From the IMG/VR virus record IMGVR_UViG_3300018424_000013: a DNA stretch of 64,000 nt; one strand, 5' to 3'. A program made the position numbers and the translations under genes. Under the pieces are notes generated by a model, which had not been told where the DNA came from, searched no databases, and worked only from the letters and a program-made list of their open reading frames with translations. The first letter of the stretch is position 1. Each line of letters opens with the position of its first letter. Below are positions 27,053 to 35,321 of the stretch, piece after piece. The DNA is from an uncultured virus (IMG/VR IMGVR_UViG_3300018424_000013). Its lineage: Duplodnaviria; Heunggongvirae; Uroviricota; Caudoviricetes.

Positions 27053-27299
27053 CAATTCCCTCCTCTAGTCTCTTATTATAAATATATTGTAATGGATCTT
27101 GAAATTTACTTTTCTTAGGAATTTTTTCGCCCCAAAAAGCATTAACCTCTGAAATGACACGATGCTTGCCTTCAGAGGTTAGTACTTGCACGGCATACTC
27201 AATTTCATATACCTTAATTATCTCGCCACAACTTTTTTTCCCTGTTTTTTCTATAAACCAACAAAAGTCGCCCTTATTTGCTTCACTAGCATCTATCAT
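26826..27299 (-). CDS. hypothetical protein: SH3-like N-terminus + basic low-complexity tail
   Basis: KGDFCWF..GEIIKVY..AVQV beta pattern; start overlaps upstream stop (TAATG). Confidence 0.65.
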   Translation of the reverse strand: MIDASEANKGDFCWFIEKTGKKSCGEIIKVYEIEYAVQVLTSEGKHRVISEVNAFWGEKIPKKSKFQDPLQYIYNKRLEEGIDEAELNKRISEIHSRKEEQSKNNRKKRTRRSNNKVSTSEQKTVRSTTSRKRNTSTSRKTSTRKKKGGRRVSKDNK

Positions 27300-28342
27300 T
27301 AAAACCCCTTTATTTTTGCTCTACTGAAATACTGATAACCACATGTGTAAACTTTTGTGCCAATCATTACATCAATAACTAAACCATTTTGGTAATAGTG
27401 TATATTACCATACTTGATATAAGGACTATTTACAATTAAACACATAGGGTTTTCACCTTCTTGTATTTCAATATCTGAATTGCTTAATAAACCTTTAACA
27501 AAAGAACGTCTTCCTTCAAGGTGCTTTGATTTAAATTGTATCATGTTCCCGACAGCAAATCTCGTGTTTTCCTTTACTTTTTTGATGTCTGCTATTGTTT
27601 TGCTATACAATTCAAATGCATCGTCCCAATCTCTATCATACAACTGTACAATATTTCCTTTACTGCGATAATCATCTACATGATTAACAATAAAAGAAAG
27701 GTCTGTATTCTCTTCAGCTTCCGGAACAATATCACTGACACTAACTGAATTGTTAACAACTATATTTACAGCATCTACTATTTGTTCGTCAGTATAGTTA
27801 CAGTATTGCTTTAATGATTTACACATTAATGCTCGTATAGAAAGCTCTCTTTTCAAAAATGCTTTTCTATGATTATTAGTGTTTCCATCATATGCCATGG
27901 CTTCGCTAAGCAATTCTAATTGTGGAAGTTTTTCTATAGTTAAAACTAATGGCTTGCTTTCCATATTAGCTTTTGCATTACCAATAATTTTATCTAAGAA
28001 TGCACGCTGTTTTTCACTTAAGTTGACATTGTTTTTCACAGCAGAAATTAAATCCTTAGCAGCATTCAACTGAAAAGCGTTGTTGATATATGGCAAAAAT
28101 GCTTCGTATTTTTCAGCCTCAGGATTAGTAGCCACTTCTGGTGTACCACGTGCAATTAAATCCTCAAGAAACTTACGTTGACCTGGAGTAGGCGTACGTT
28201 TTTTTCGAGCCAAATTTTTGATTGTTCTTAAAAAGTTAATAACTTTCCAATGTTTGCGTTCCATGTATTTATCAGCAGTGTAATAAGCCAAAAGCTCTTC
28301 AGCGTGATTAATACGTTCTTGATTTGTCATTCTTATAGTCAT
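27299..28342 (-). CDS. hypothetical protein with repeated (L/P)(S/T)xxQRxFL helices and SH3-like C-terminus
   Basis: PTPGQRKFLEDLI and LSEKQRAFLDKII repeats; FAVGNMIQF; GAGG SD before ATG 28342. Confidence 0.75.
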   Translation of the reverse strand: MTIRMTNQERINHAEELLAYYTADKYMERKHWKVINFLRTIKNLARKKRTPTPGQRKFLEDLIARGTPEVATNPEAEKYEAFLPYINNAFQLNAAKDLISAVKNNVNLSEKQRAFLDKIIGNAKANMESKPLVLTIEKLPQLELLSEAMAYDGNTNNHRKAFLKRELSIRALMCKSLKQYCNYTDEQIVDAVNIVVNNSVSVSDIVPEAEENTDLSFIVNHVDDYRSKGNIVQLYDRDWDDAFELYSKTIADIKKVKENTRFAVGNMIQFKSKHLEGRRSFVKGLLSNSDIEIQEGENPMCLIVNSPYIKYGNIHYYQNGLVIDVMIGTKVYTCGYQYFSRAKIKGF

Positions 28343-28377
28343 AAGCACCTCGAGTTGTTTAGTAAGTTAGTAATAGT

Positions 28378-28406
28378 AATATAATTGATTGTTGAGTTAT
28401 TTACAA
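28378..28406 (-). promoter_or_regulatory. sigma70-like early promoter
   Basis: TTGTAA-N17-TATATT with T-rich upstream element. Confidence 0.65.
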
Positions 28407-28432
28407 TATTTGCTAAAAAAAATATTATTTAT

Positions 28433-28654
28433 CTAAATTTTTTCACATATATCTGACCATGCACGTGAAACTTTTAATACATTATGGATTGTGTCTGCAT
28501 CATTATCTATATTTTTACTTAGGCCTAATATTGCAGTTACACACCAAAACATTTTATTTATTTCTTGTTTTGTTGGATTTTTTAAATCTGAAATTTTAAA
28601 ATAACAGTCGGTCCAAAAATAGCCGATTAGTTGGTTTATTTTAGTGTTACGCAT
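28433..28654 (-). CDS. hypothetical protein
   Basis: 73-aa ORF with AGGAG SD. Confidence 0.65.
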   Translation of the reverse strand: MRNTKINQLIGYFWTDCYFKISDLKNPTKQEINKMFWCVTAILGLSKNIDNDADTIHNVLKVSRAWSDICEKI

Positions 28655-28662
28655 AATTTCTC

Positions 28663-28827
28663 CTATCTAAATGAATGGTGTGAAGCAAGAGGGTGGTCTT
28701 TCTTTTCTATAGGTTTAATATCCAAATTGTTATCTTGCATTTCTTCTAAAAAAGCAAAAGCAGAGTCGATATCAGGACAAGTAATTAAAACATGACCAGT
28801 GTGAATATTATATACTTGATAATACAT
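28663..28827 (-). CDS. small hypothetical protein (54 aa; not in ORF track)
   Basis: Hand translation MYYQVYNIHTGHVLITCPDIDSAFAFLEEMQDNNLDIKPIEKKDHPLASHHSFR; AAGGAG SD; promoter directly upstream. Confidence 0.7.
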   Translation of the reverse strand: MYYQVYNIHTGHVLITCPDIDSAFAFLEEMQDNNLDIKPIEKKDHPLASHHSFR

Positions 28828-28854
28828 GTAAGCTCCTTTGTTAGTTACATATAT

Positions 28855-28883
28855 AATATAACAAGCTTAAAGAATATTTGCAA
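28855..28883 (-). promoter_or_regulatory. sigma70-like early promoter (extended -10)
   Basis: TTGCAA-N17-TATATT with TG at extended -10 position. Confidence 0.65.
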
Positions 28884-28900
28884 AAAACACAGAAAATAAT

Positions 28901-29212
28901 TTAATTATTTTTTTTATCTTCTTCTAAATAATATCGTTGCTCTTCAGGCGTAAGCTCCTGTGTTATCTCTGTAACAGTTACTTTTAATCCGCCCATACCT
29001 ATTACGCCATTTAATCTTTCTAGTAAATCATATATGTTTTTGCGCATAAGAATGCAGTTTAACAAGTATTGCTTATCATTTGTTTTGCCATTTTTTTGCA
29101 AAAAACTATTTTTCATACTTGCTAAATCAGCTTCAAACTTAATTTCATCAATAATCTTTCTTAATTCTTCTTTTTTCTTTGTACCTTCACTAACGTACTT
29201 TTTTCTAGTCAT
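28901..29212 (-). CDS. hypothetical protein (likely start MTRKKY)
   Basis: AGGAGG SD before ATG 29212. Confidence 0.65.
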   Translation of the reverse strand: MTRKKYVSEGTKKKEELRKIIDEIKFEADLASMKNSFLQKNGKTNDKQYLLNCILMRKNIYDLLERLNGVIGMGGLKVTVTEITQELTPEEQRYYLEEDKKNN

Positions 29213-30407
29213 CAATACCTCCTGAAATATATTTAACAGGCATAAAATATTCATCATCATTTATTAAAACACTAACTCCAATAAATCTACTCGAGTAATC
29301 CATGACATTTTTTGTTCTATTCATTAATCTAATATAATTGTTGCAACCAAAATTTATAGTCACTTCACCAGTTATGATACCAGTTACAGTTTTGTCTTTC
29401 ATACCTAGATTTTCTAAAACTCCATTACTCATTTCAAAGTCTTTAGTCATGACTACTATTTCACCAATTTGCAAATAATCCATTTTTTTATATTTGTCGA
29501 CAATGCTGGTTATTTCCTTAACCTCATTTTTTAAATAATTTATTTCCGCAACGTAATACATGTCTTCAGATTTATTTAATTTGTTGTTTGCACCTTTAAT
29601 CCCTTTAATTAATTTAGCTAAATTACGGTCGGTATTTTTTGGTGGTGAAATATCAAAATCATCTAATAAATCTAAAACTCTGACGATATTTTGTTCTACT
29701 TTACATATGTTAAAATCTTTATTTAAATAATTTACTATATCATCATAGCTATTCAATAGATTACACTTTTTTCCTAAATAACATTTTTCACGTTTGCAAT
29801 CTAAATGTTTTTCTAAACCATCAATAAAAGTATAAAGTGATTCGTATTTTTGCCGTATGTCATTTCCTAGGTAAGACTTATTAATTTTAGATTTTAAGTA
29901 ATGAGCTGCGCATAAATACTTTATTTCTTCTATAATTTCTTTTGTAAATTCAATCTGATTGTATTGTTTGCAATTTGATAAAAACGTTTTAAAGTCATCT
30001 AACACTTCTTGTTCTTCACGTAAAAGTGTTTTCCATTTTCCTGACCTGGTGTGATAAGCTGATTCTTCTAAAAAATGAGTTAATTTAGTATGGCCTAAAA
30101 AAGCAGCTATAGAAGCATAGTCTTCAATTTCATCAGCAATACTATTTTTGGGTACAGGTTTTTTCTGATTAACTGTTTGTCTAATATTTTCCATTTCTTC
30201 TGCGTTAATAGCTAACATATCAAGTTTAAAATTTAGCTCATCATAATAATCTTGTCCTTGTGTTAGAGCAAATCTATAATTGTGTAAAAAACTTATTTCT
30301 CTTTTATATGTTTTCTCATAATACTTGTTCTCTGTTAAAGATTCAATAAACTCTTCAACTCTATTCAATTCTTCATATACTATATCTGCTTTTGCTATAT
30401 CTCTCAT
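29205..30407 (-). CDS. hypothetical protein with SH3-like C-terminus
   Basis: 400-aa ORF; C-terminal LQIGEIVVM..TGIITG..GVSVLI. Confidence 0.75.
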   Translation of the reverse strand: MRDIAKADIVYEELNRVEEFIESLTENKYYEKTYKREISFLHNYRFALTQGQDYYDELNFKLDMLAINAEEMENIRQTVNQKKPVPKNSIADEIEDYASIAAFLGHTKLTHFLEESAYHTRSGKWKTLLREEQEVLDDFKTFLSNCKQYNQIEFTKEIIEEIKYLCAAHYLKSKINKSYLGNDIRQKYESLYTFIDGLEKHLDCKREKCYLGKKCNLLNSYDDIVNYLNKDFNICKVEQNIVRVLDLLDDFDISPPKNTDRNLAKLIKGIKGANNKLNKSEDMYYVAEINYLKNEVKEITSIVDKYKKMDYLQIGEIVVMTKDFEMSNGVLENLGMKDKTVTGIITGEVTINFGCNNYIRLMNRTKNVMDYSSRFIGVSVLINDDEYFMPVKYISGGIDD

Positions 30408-30474
30408 AAAAAACCCTCTACTTAATTATAGAGGGCATTTTAAAAAACCCTCTACTTAATTATAGAGGGCATTT
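30407..30474. repeat. exact 34-bp tandem duplication containing hairpin, -10 box and SD
   Basis: TAAAAAACCCTCTACTTAATTATAGAGGGCATTT at 30407-30440 and 30441-30474; internal inverted repeat CCCTCTA/TAGAGGG. Confidence 0.95.
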
Positions 30475-30490
30475 TATTTTGTATAACAGA

Positions 30491-30760
30491 TTATGTAAAT
30501 CTTCGAAGTTTTGCTGGAACCATAGATCTATGATTACCTTGCATTTGTCTCATTTCAGGTGAGTTTGCATGCGCTGCTCTACTTGCGGAACTTTGTTGTT
30601 CATTAGATTTTTTTATCTCTTCATTTAGTCTATTCATAAACCACTGTCTTTGCCACAATGGTATGTTATACGCTTCTTTATAAGTAAATCCCATATAGTA
30701 CATTAAATTAAAAATATACTCTAGATATATGTGCTTATCATTCGGCGTCAGGCCAAAAAA
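30491..30760 (-). CDS. tail/baseplate assembly chaperone C-terminal part (gp51/gpT-like), probably expressed by frameshift
   Basis: Frame stays open upstream of the annotated ATG back to the U7 run: FFGLTPNDKHIYLEYIFNLMYYMGFTYKEAYNIPLWQRQWF. Confidence 0.7.
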   Translation of the reverse strand, partial: FFGLTPNDKHIYLEYIFNLMYYMGFTYKEAYNIPLWQRQWFMNRLNEEIKKSNEQQSSASRAAHANSPEMRQMQGNHRSMVPAKLRRFT

Positions 30761-31610
30761 ACGATGCCCCTAAGGGCAAGCTAACCTCCGACTCTTCAAA
30801 ACAACTTGGGCAATTCATATGACTTTTCATTTCAACACCTGGTTCATTAGCATCAATAGCCTTTCTCAAATGTCTAGACTGAAAAGCCGGCATTCTATCA
30901 ATAAACATACTTAACTTTGACCTATCTGACACGCCATTAATGCTAACAACCTGATATTTGTATCTAGTTGTAATTAAATTATCTGCAGAGAAACCTTGTT
31001 TTTTCTTTCTCTCTTGCAATATATTAATGTCAGTTTCATCTTTCCCAGTCAGATACTTATATCTTACAACTAATTCAGGATCAGTTTCTTTTCTTTTTGG
31101 CAAAGTAGTTTCAAACACATTAGCACCTTCAGCAACTGGATCATTTTCCAATCTTTTCAAAGGCAGCTGAGTTAAATCAAAGGTTTGTTTTGATTTAGCA
31201 CTACAACTTGGACATGTTACTTCTACTTTGTAATCACTTCCATATCCTGTAATTCTTAAACTAGTCATAATAGCATTTCTATCACCAATTAAAAGACTGT
31301 CAGGATTAATTCTTTTATCAACCAAACAACTTTTTAATAACTCAGTTAATACAACACCTTTTTTAATTAATGCTCTACTAGTCAAGATATCTTCTTCACG
31401 TGCAGTCATTGGTCTAATTTCTACTACTTCTTTCATATGTAATGGGTGATCACTTGGATATGGCCGACCCTGTGATGGCAAAGGCACTAATTCATGTGCA
31501 ATATCTAAGCCAAATTCTGCCATAATATCAGATCTTTGTCCTTGCCATTGTTCTGTTGGTGAACCTTGTCCATCACCAGCAAAAACCTTATTATTTTTTC
31601 TCTTACTCAT
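30738..31610 (-). CDS. baseplate hub assembly / tail chaperone (T4 gp26-like)
   Basis: VPLPSQG..Y, IRPMTAREEDIL, LLIGDRNAI, GYGSDY, two CPSC motifs, ends FFWPD; directly after tail tube. Confidence 0.8.
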   Translation of the reverse strand: MSKRKNNKVFAGDGQGSPTEQWQGQRSDIMAEFGLDIAHELVPLPSQGRPYPSDHPLHMKEVVEIRPMTAREEDILTSRALIKKGVVLTELLKSCLVDKRINPDSLLIGDRNAIMTSLRITGYGSDYKVEVTCPSCSAKSKQTFDLTQLPLKRLENDPVAEGANVFETTLPKRKETDPELVVRYKYLTGKDETDINILQERKKKQGFSADNLITTRYKYQVVSINGVSDRSKLSMFIDRMPAFQSRHLRKAIDANEPGVEMKSHMNCPSCFEESEVSLPLGASFFWPDAE

Positions 31611-31675
31611 ACATGTATCTCCGAATAAAATATATTTGCATATCTTATAATATCAATACAATATAATTTGTATAT

Positions 31676-31698
31676 AAAAAAAGGCGCATAAATGCGCC
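31676..31698 (-). terminator. intrinsic terminator after tail tube
   Basis: GGCGCA/TGCGCC stem followed by U7. Confidence 0.75.
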
Positions 31699-31753
31699 AA
31701 TTTTATTTTAAGAATTATTTATACAAAAATTATTCTATTATATAAATTAATTA

Positions 31754-32245
31754 CTAGAATTGTAATACACAATTATCATATCTACATGTTAAACTAATTT
31801 CTGAAGGAGTTCCATCTTCATAACTAAGATCACCAAATCCAGCACTTGTAATAAATATCCCTTTAATGTCCCATAATTCTATAACTGTCCCAACAGGATC
31901 AACTAATTTAAGTTGCGCATCACGCTTATAAAAGTCTGCATAACCTGCACGACCAGACACTGATTCAAAGTGTGTACGTACCCATTCCATTACTTGCTGA
32001 GCACCTGATGGCGAAATAGGATCATGCAATGTAAGATTTAAGGCGTCGAATGTAGCAAGTCCAGCAACATATCTTTTGCTGTTCATAAAAGATATAGTCT
32101 GTTCTTCAATAGAAATAGTAGGTCTATTGACTGTTTTAATCAAAAATGAGTCAATTCCTTCTAGCGAAAATATCCACCGGTTTTTTAGTTTTACTTCAAA
32201 CTTGTTCGGTAGCATATCTGTAACGGATAATGTATCTGTAGCCAT
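31754..32245 (-). CDS. tail tube protein (gp19-like)
   Basis: FEVKLKNRW, RPTI, LTLHDPISPSGAQQVMEW, GYADFYK, GPV-like DPVG..IELW; follows sheath. Confidence 0.9.
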   Translation of the reverse strand: MATDTLSVTDMLPNKFEVKLKNRWIFSLEGIDSFLIKTVNRPTISIEEQTISFMNSKRYVAGLATFDALNLTLHDPISPSGAQQVMEWVRTHFESVSGRAGYADFYKRDAQLKLVDPVGTVIELWDIKGIFITSAGFGDLSYEDGTPSEISLTCRYDNCVLQF

Positions 32246-32291
32246 TTATTTTTCTCCAATAATTTTTGTATATTAATAAATATTATGTATT

Positions 32292-35282
32292 TTAAATTTC
32301 TGCGCCACTATTTGTAACAACAAAGTCTAATGATATAAATTCGATAGATTTAGTTGGTTGCAAAAAGATTTTTCCACGAATAGTGTTATTTTCCACATCT
32401 TGTTGAGTAGTCGTTGTTGTATCAATTACAACTTTATATCTTGTTACACCTTGTTGTTGTTTAACACGTGCCAATATAGGTTCAACAGCTGTACTAAATC
32501 TTTGCAATGTTGTTTCTCTATTTGGTTCGAAAAGAATAGTGTTAGCAACATTTCTAACTTTTCTTCTTATATCAATCAACAATCTTCTTACGTTAACTCT
32601 GTCTAATGCACTCTGCGCTTGAAGCAATGTTTTCTGGCCAAAGACAACAACGCCACTATTTCCTGCAAAGCTTGTTAAAGGATTAATGTCAGCATCATAA
32701 AGAGCGTCCATATTGTCTCTGTTTAACTTTACTTGTGCTTCTGCTGTAGTTGGCAATGCACCACGTGAAAAACCAGCTGGAGCAAACCAAGGATGAGCAA
32801 CAGCATCATTAAAAGAAAGCGCACCTAATACACCAACAGAAGGTGGAGCTTGTACCAAAGTATTAGTTGTTGGATCATTAACAAAAATGTCTGGGAAGTA
32901 AGTTGCTGCAAAACTAGTATCTAGATTTCTGTTTTGGAAACGACTAATTGTATTAGTTACTGATACTTCTTGCAAAGAACCCGTTACCAAGTTAGAAAAA
33001 CTAGTACCTACCATATCACAAACTTCCATATCCATAATATAGAGCGCATCAAATCTTTCTTCTGTTTGAGTTATAGCGTTATCTGTAATAGCTTGCTCAC
33101 GCATACCTGGGATAGCTAACAACTGAATATCAACATCAGACTTTTCTGCTAATATATCAACAGCTTTTATGTAAGCTGATACTGTAGGGCCATTTGTTCC
33201 ACCCTGATCTGTCGCAAAGTTAACTTCACGAGAAGCCGCAATATCAGACATGTTAGTTTTTTCTTTATCAAATATATTCAATCCGTCAAAAGCACCACCA
33301 ACTGGCAATGTAAATTTCATATATCTTTTAGAAGCCTGTTGCCCAAAATCTTTAGAGACATCAAGCAATCTATATGCACTAGAACTATATCCACTAGCTA
33401 CAGTGCCTTGTCGTCTATATATTGCATTTGCCCACTCACTAGGATCTACAACATCGTTACTACCATCAACTGTACCTTTTACTTTTATCTGTACTCTTTC
33501 TAAAGAAAAGATGTTGTTGTTAAACAAATCTGCATCTAATACTTCACCAGCATTACCATTCGCTACGCCTTCGTTTGCACCAACTGTAGCAGGATATGTG
33601 CCTTCATATCTAGGTGTGTACAACGTTAAATTATCAATCAACTTTGACTTTTCTTTTTGATTATTTGGATCTGTTATAAGAGTAACTTTTTCTTGTTGCA
33701 TACCCCAATACAAGCGATTATCAACTCTTTTTTGATTACCAACACCAACAGCAACTGATTGTCTGTAAGGAATTGGTGGTTGAACCATTGCTGATTGTAA
33801 ACTTTCATAATCACCCAAGTTACTAGAAGGAGCAGATATTAATGCAGAACCTGAAGTTACTAAATGATGTATACCACGATAACCCATCGGCAATGCTGTG
33901 TCTGCTATTGTTCCGTCTGCAACATCAGTAGCCATTTCAACTCTAATGTAGTTTGATCTATTTGGATATGAGCCATCAAGTACTATTTTTTGATTTCCTT
34001 CATTTTTATCAAAATCAAAATACAAGTGTTGATCACCAATAATTCTAGCTATGTATCGATCTGAATTTGGATCAAGTGATAATCCAACATATTTTTCTAA
34101 AACAATGGGGTTTACATCATCATCGTCATACCTTCTGACTAACAAATCAAAAGAACCGTACTTGTATGCTTCTTCACGAGAGTTAGCAATATTAGCAATA
34201 GAGATCTTGAAATTTCTATTACCAGCTGTACCGTCATCTAATGCATGTATTTTAAAAAGATTTTTAGGTCCATCACCTAACGTTTGTGAAATAACAAATG
34301 GTGAAAAAGCAGCTGAATATCTGTCTTCAAATCCTTCAAAGTTTGGTTCATAATCTGAACCTGACCCTCTGCTATTTCTGCCAGCAGAACCAGTAACCAT
34401 AAACAAACGATGTTCGTAATTTGATGAATGGTACCCAGGATTTATTGTAGCTAAAGCAGGGTCTACATCATAATGTGCATACAAATAATGTCCAGCATCT
34501 TCGATTTTTTGTGGATCAGTATTTAAAACGTTTGCAAAGTAATTTTTACTTAATGGGTTCATTGAAGCTGTGATAATATGTGGATACAAATCTCTATTAT
34601 CAAAACCATTTAAAAATAGTACAAAGTTTTGATCACCATCAGAATTCATATTAATAGCACCGACATTCCAACCAGCATCCTGTGAAGCACCAAAAACACC
34701 AGCTGCGGTAGTTGGAACAGTTTCTAATTCACCACCATCCCATCCGGAAAGTGCAGGTATAATACCTTGAGGAGCCATCAAAACCGCTCTTAATATTGAA
34801 GCAGTTGCTGCATTAGTAATTCCAGCGTCAGTAAAATAAGATGAGCCATTTGATTCACTCATCCAAGCACCTAAGAAATATGTACGACCTAAAGTGGTGT
34901 CACCAGCATAAGTGTTATTTCCATAGTTACCGTTTGACTGTATATTCTTTTGACCAACTACAAAACCAGCGTTAGTAACTGAGTTTGTTGATGTATTTCT
35001 TTTTTTACAATCACCAGCACCTAAAACACGAACATATGTACCAGCTGTAGCATTACGCATCCATTCTGACACGGCTAATGGTCCAAATTTTTCCCCATCA
35101 GTAGCACCAAATATTTCTGCAAAATCAGCATAAGATGCAAATGTTATTGGTACAAAAGCAGGTCCTTTATCCGCCGTGCCAACAATAGCAGCAGGTACCC
35201 CGGAAGGTCCTGTTAGTGTTGGTTGCGATAAATCTATTTCCCTAGTTGTTACACCTGGGCTTTTTAATACTCTTTCTGCCAT
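32292..35282 (-). CDS. tail sheath protein (copy 2)
   Basis: SPGVTTREIDLS, GPAFVP, PWFAPAGFSRG, INPL, FGQKTL, SALDRVNVRRLL, FEPN, FISLDF. Confidence 0.93.
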   Translation of the reverse strand: MAERVLKSPGVTTREIDLSQPTLTGPSGVPAAIVGTADKGPAFVPITFASYADFAEIFGATDGEKFGPLAVSEWMRNATAGTYVRVLGAGDCKKRNTSTNSVTNAGFVVGQKNIQSNGNYGNNTYAGDTTLGRTYFLGAWMSESNGSSYFTDAGITNAATASILRAVLMAPQGIIPALSGWDGGELETVPTTAAGVFGASQDAGWNVGAINMNSDGDQNFVLFLNGFDNRDLYPHIITASMNPLSKNYFANVLNTDPQKIEDAGHYLYAHYDVDPALATINPGYHSSNYEHRLFMVTGSAGRNSRGSGSDYEPNFEGFEDRYSAAFSPFVISQTLGDGPKNLFKIHALDDGTAGNRNFKISIANIANSREEAYKYGSFDLLVRRYDDDDVNPIVLEKYVGLSLDPNSDRYIARIIGDQHLYFDFDKNEGNQKIVLDGSYPNRSNYIRVEMATDVADGTIADTALPMGYRGIHHLVTSGSALISAPSSNLGDYESLQSAMVQPPIPYRQSVAVGVGNQKRVDNRLYWGMQQEKVTLITDPNNQKEKSKLIDNLTLYTPRYEGTYPATVGANEGVANGNAGEVLDADLFNNNIFSLERVQIKVKGTVDGSNDVVDPSEWANAIYRRQGTVASGYSSSAYRLLDVSKDFGQQASKRYMKFTLPVGGAFDGLNIFDKEKTNMSDIAASREVNFATDQGGTNGPTVSAYIKAVDILAEKSDVDIQLLAIPGMREQAITDNAITQTEERFDALYIMDMEVCDMVGTSFSNLVTGSLQEVSVTNTISRFQNRNLDTSFAATYFPDIFVNDPTTNTLVQAPPSVGVLGALSFNDAVAHPWFAPAGFSRGALPTTAEAQVKLNRDNMDALYDADINPLTSFAGNSGVVVFGQKTLLQAQSALDRVNVRRLLIDIRRKVRNVANTILFEPNRETTLQRFSTAVEPILARVKQQQGVTRYKVVIDTTTTTQQDVENNTIRGKIFLQPTKSIEFISLDFVVTNSGAEI

Positions 35283-35321
35283 TAATGTGCTCCTTTTATT
35301 TTATCTTCTATTCTATATATA

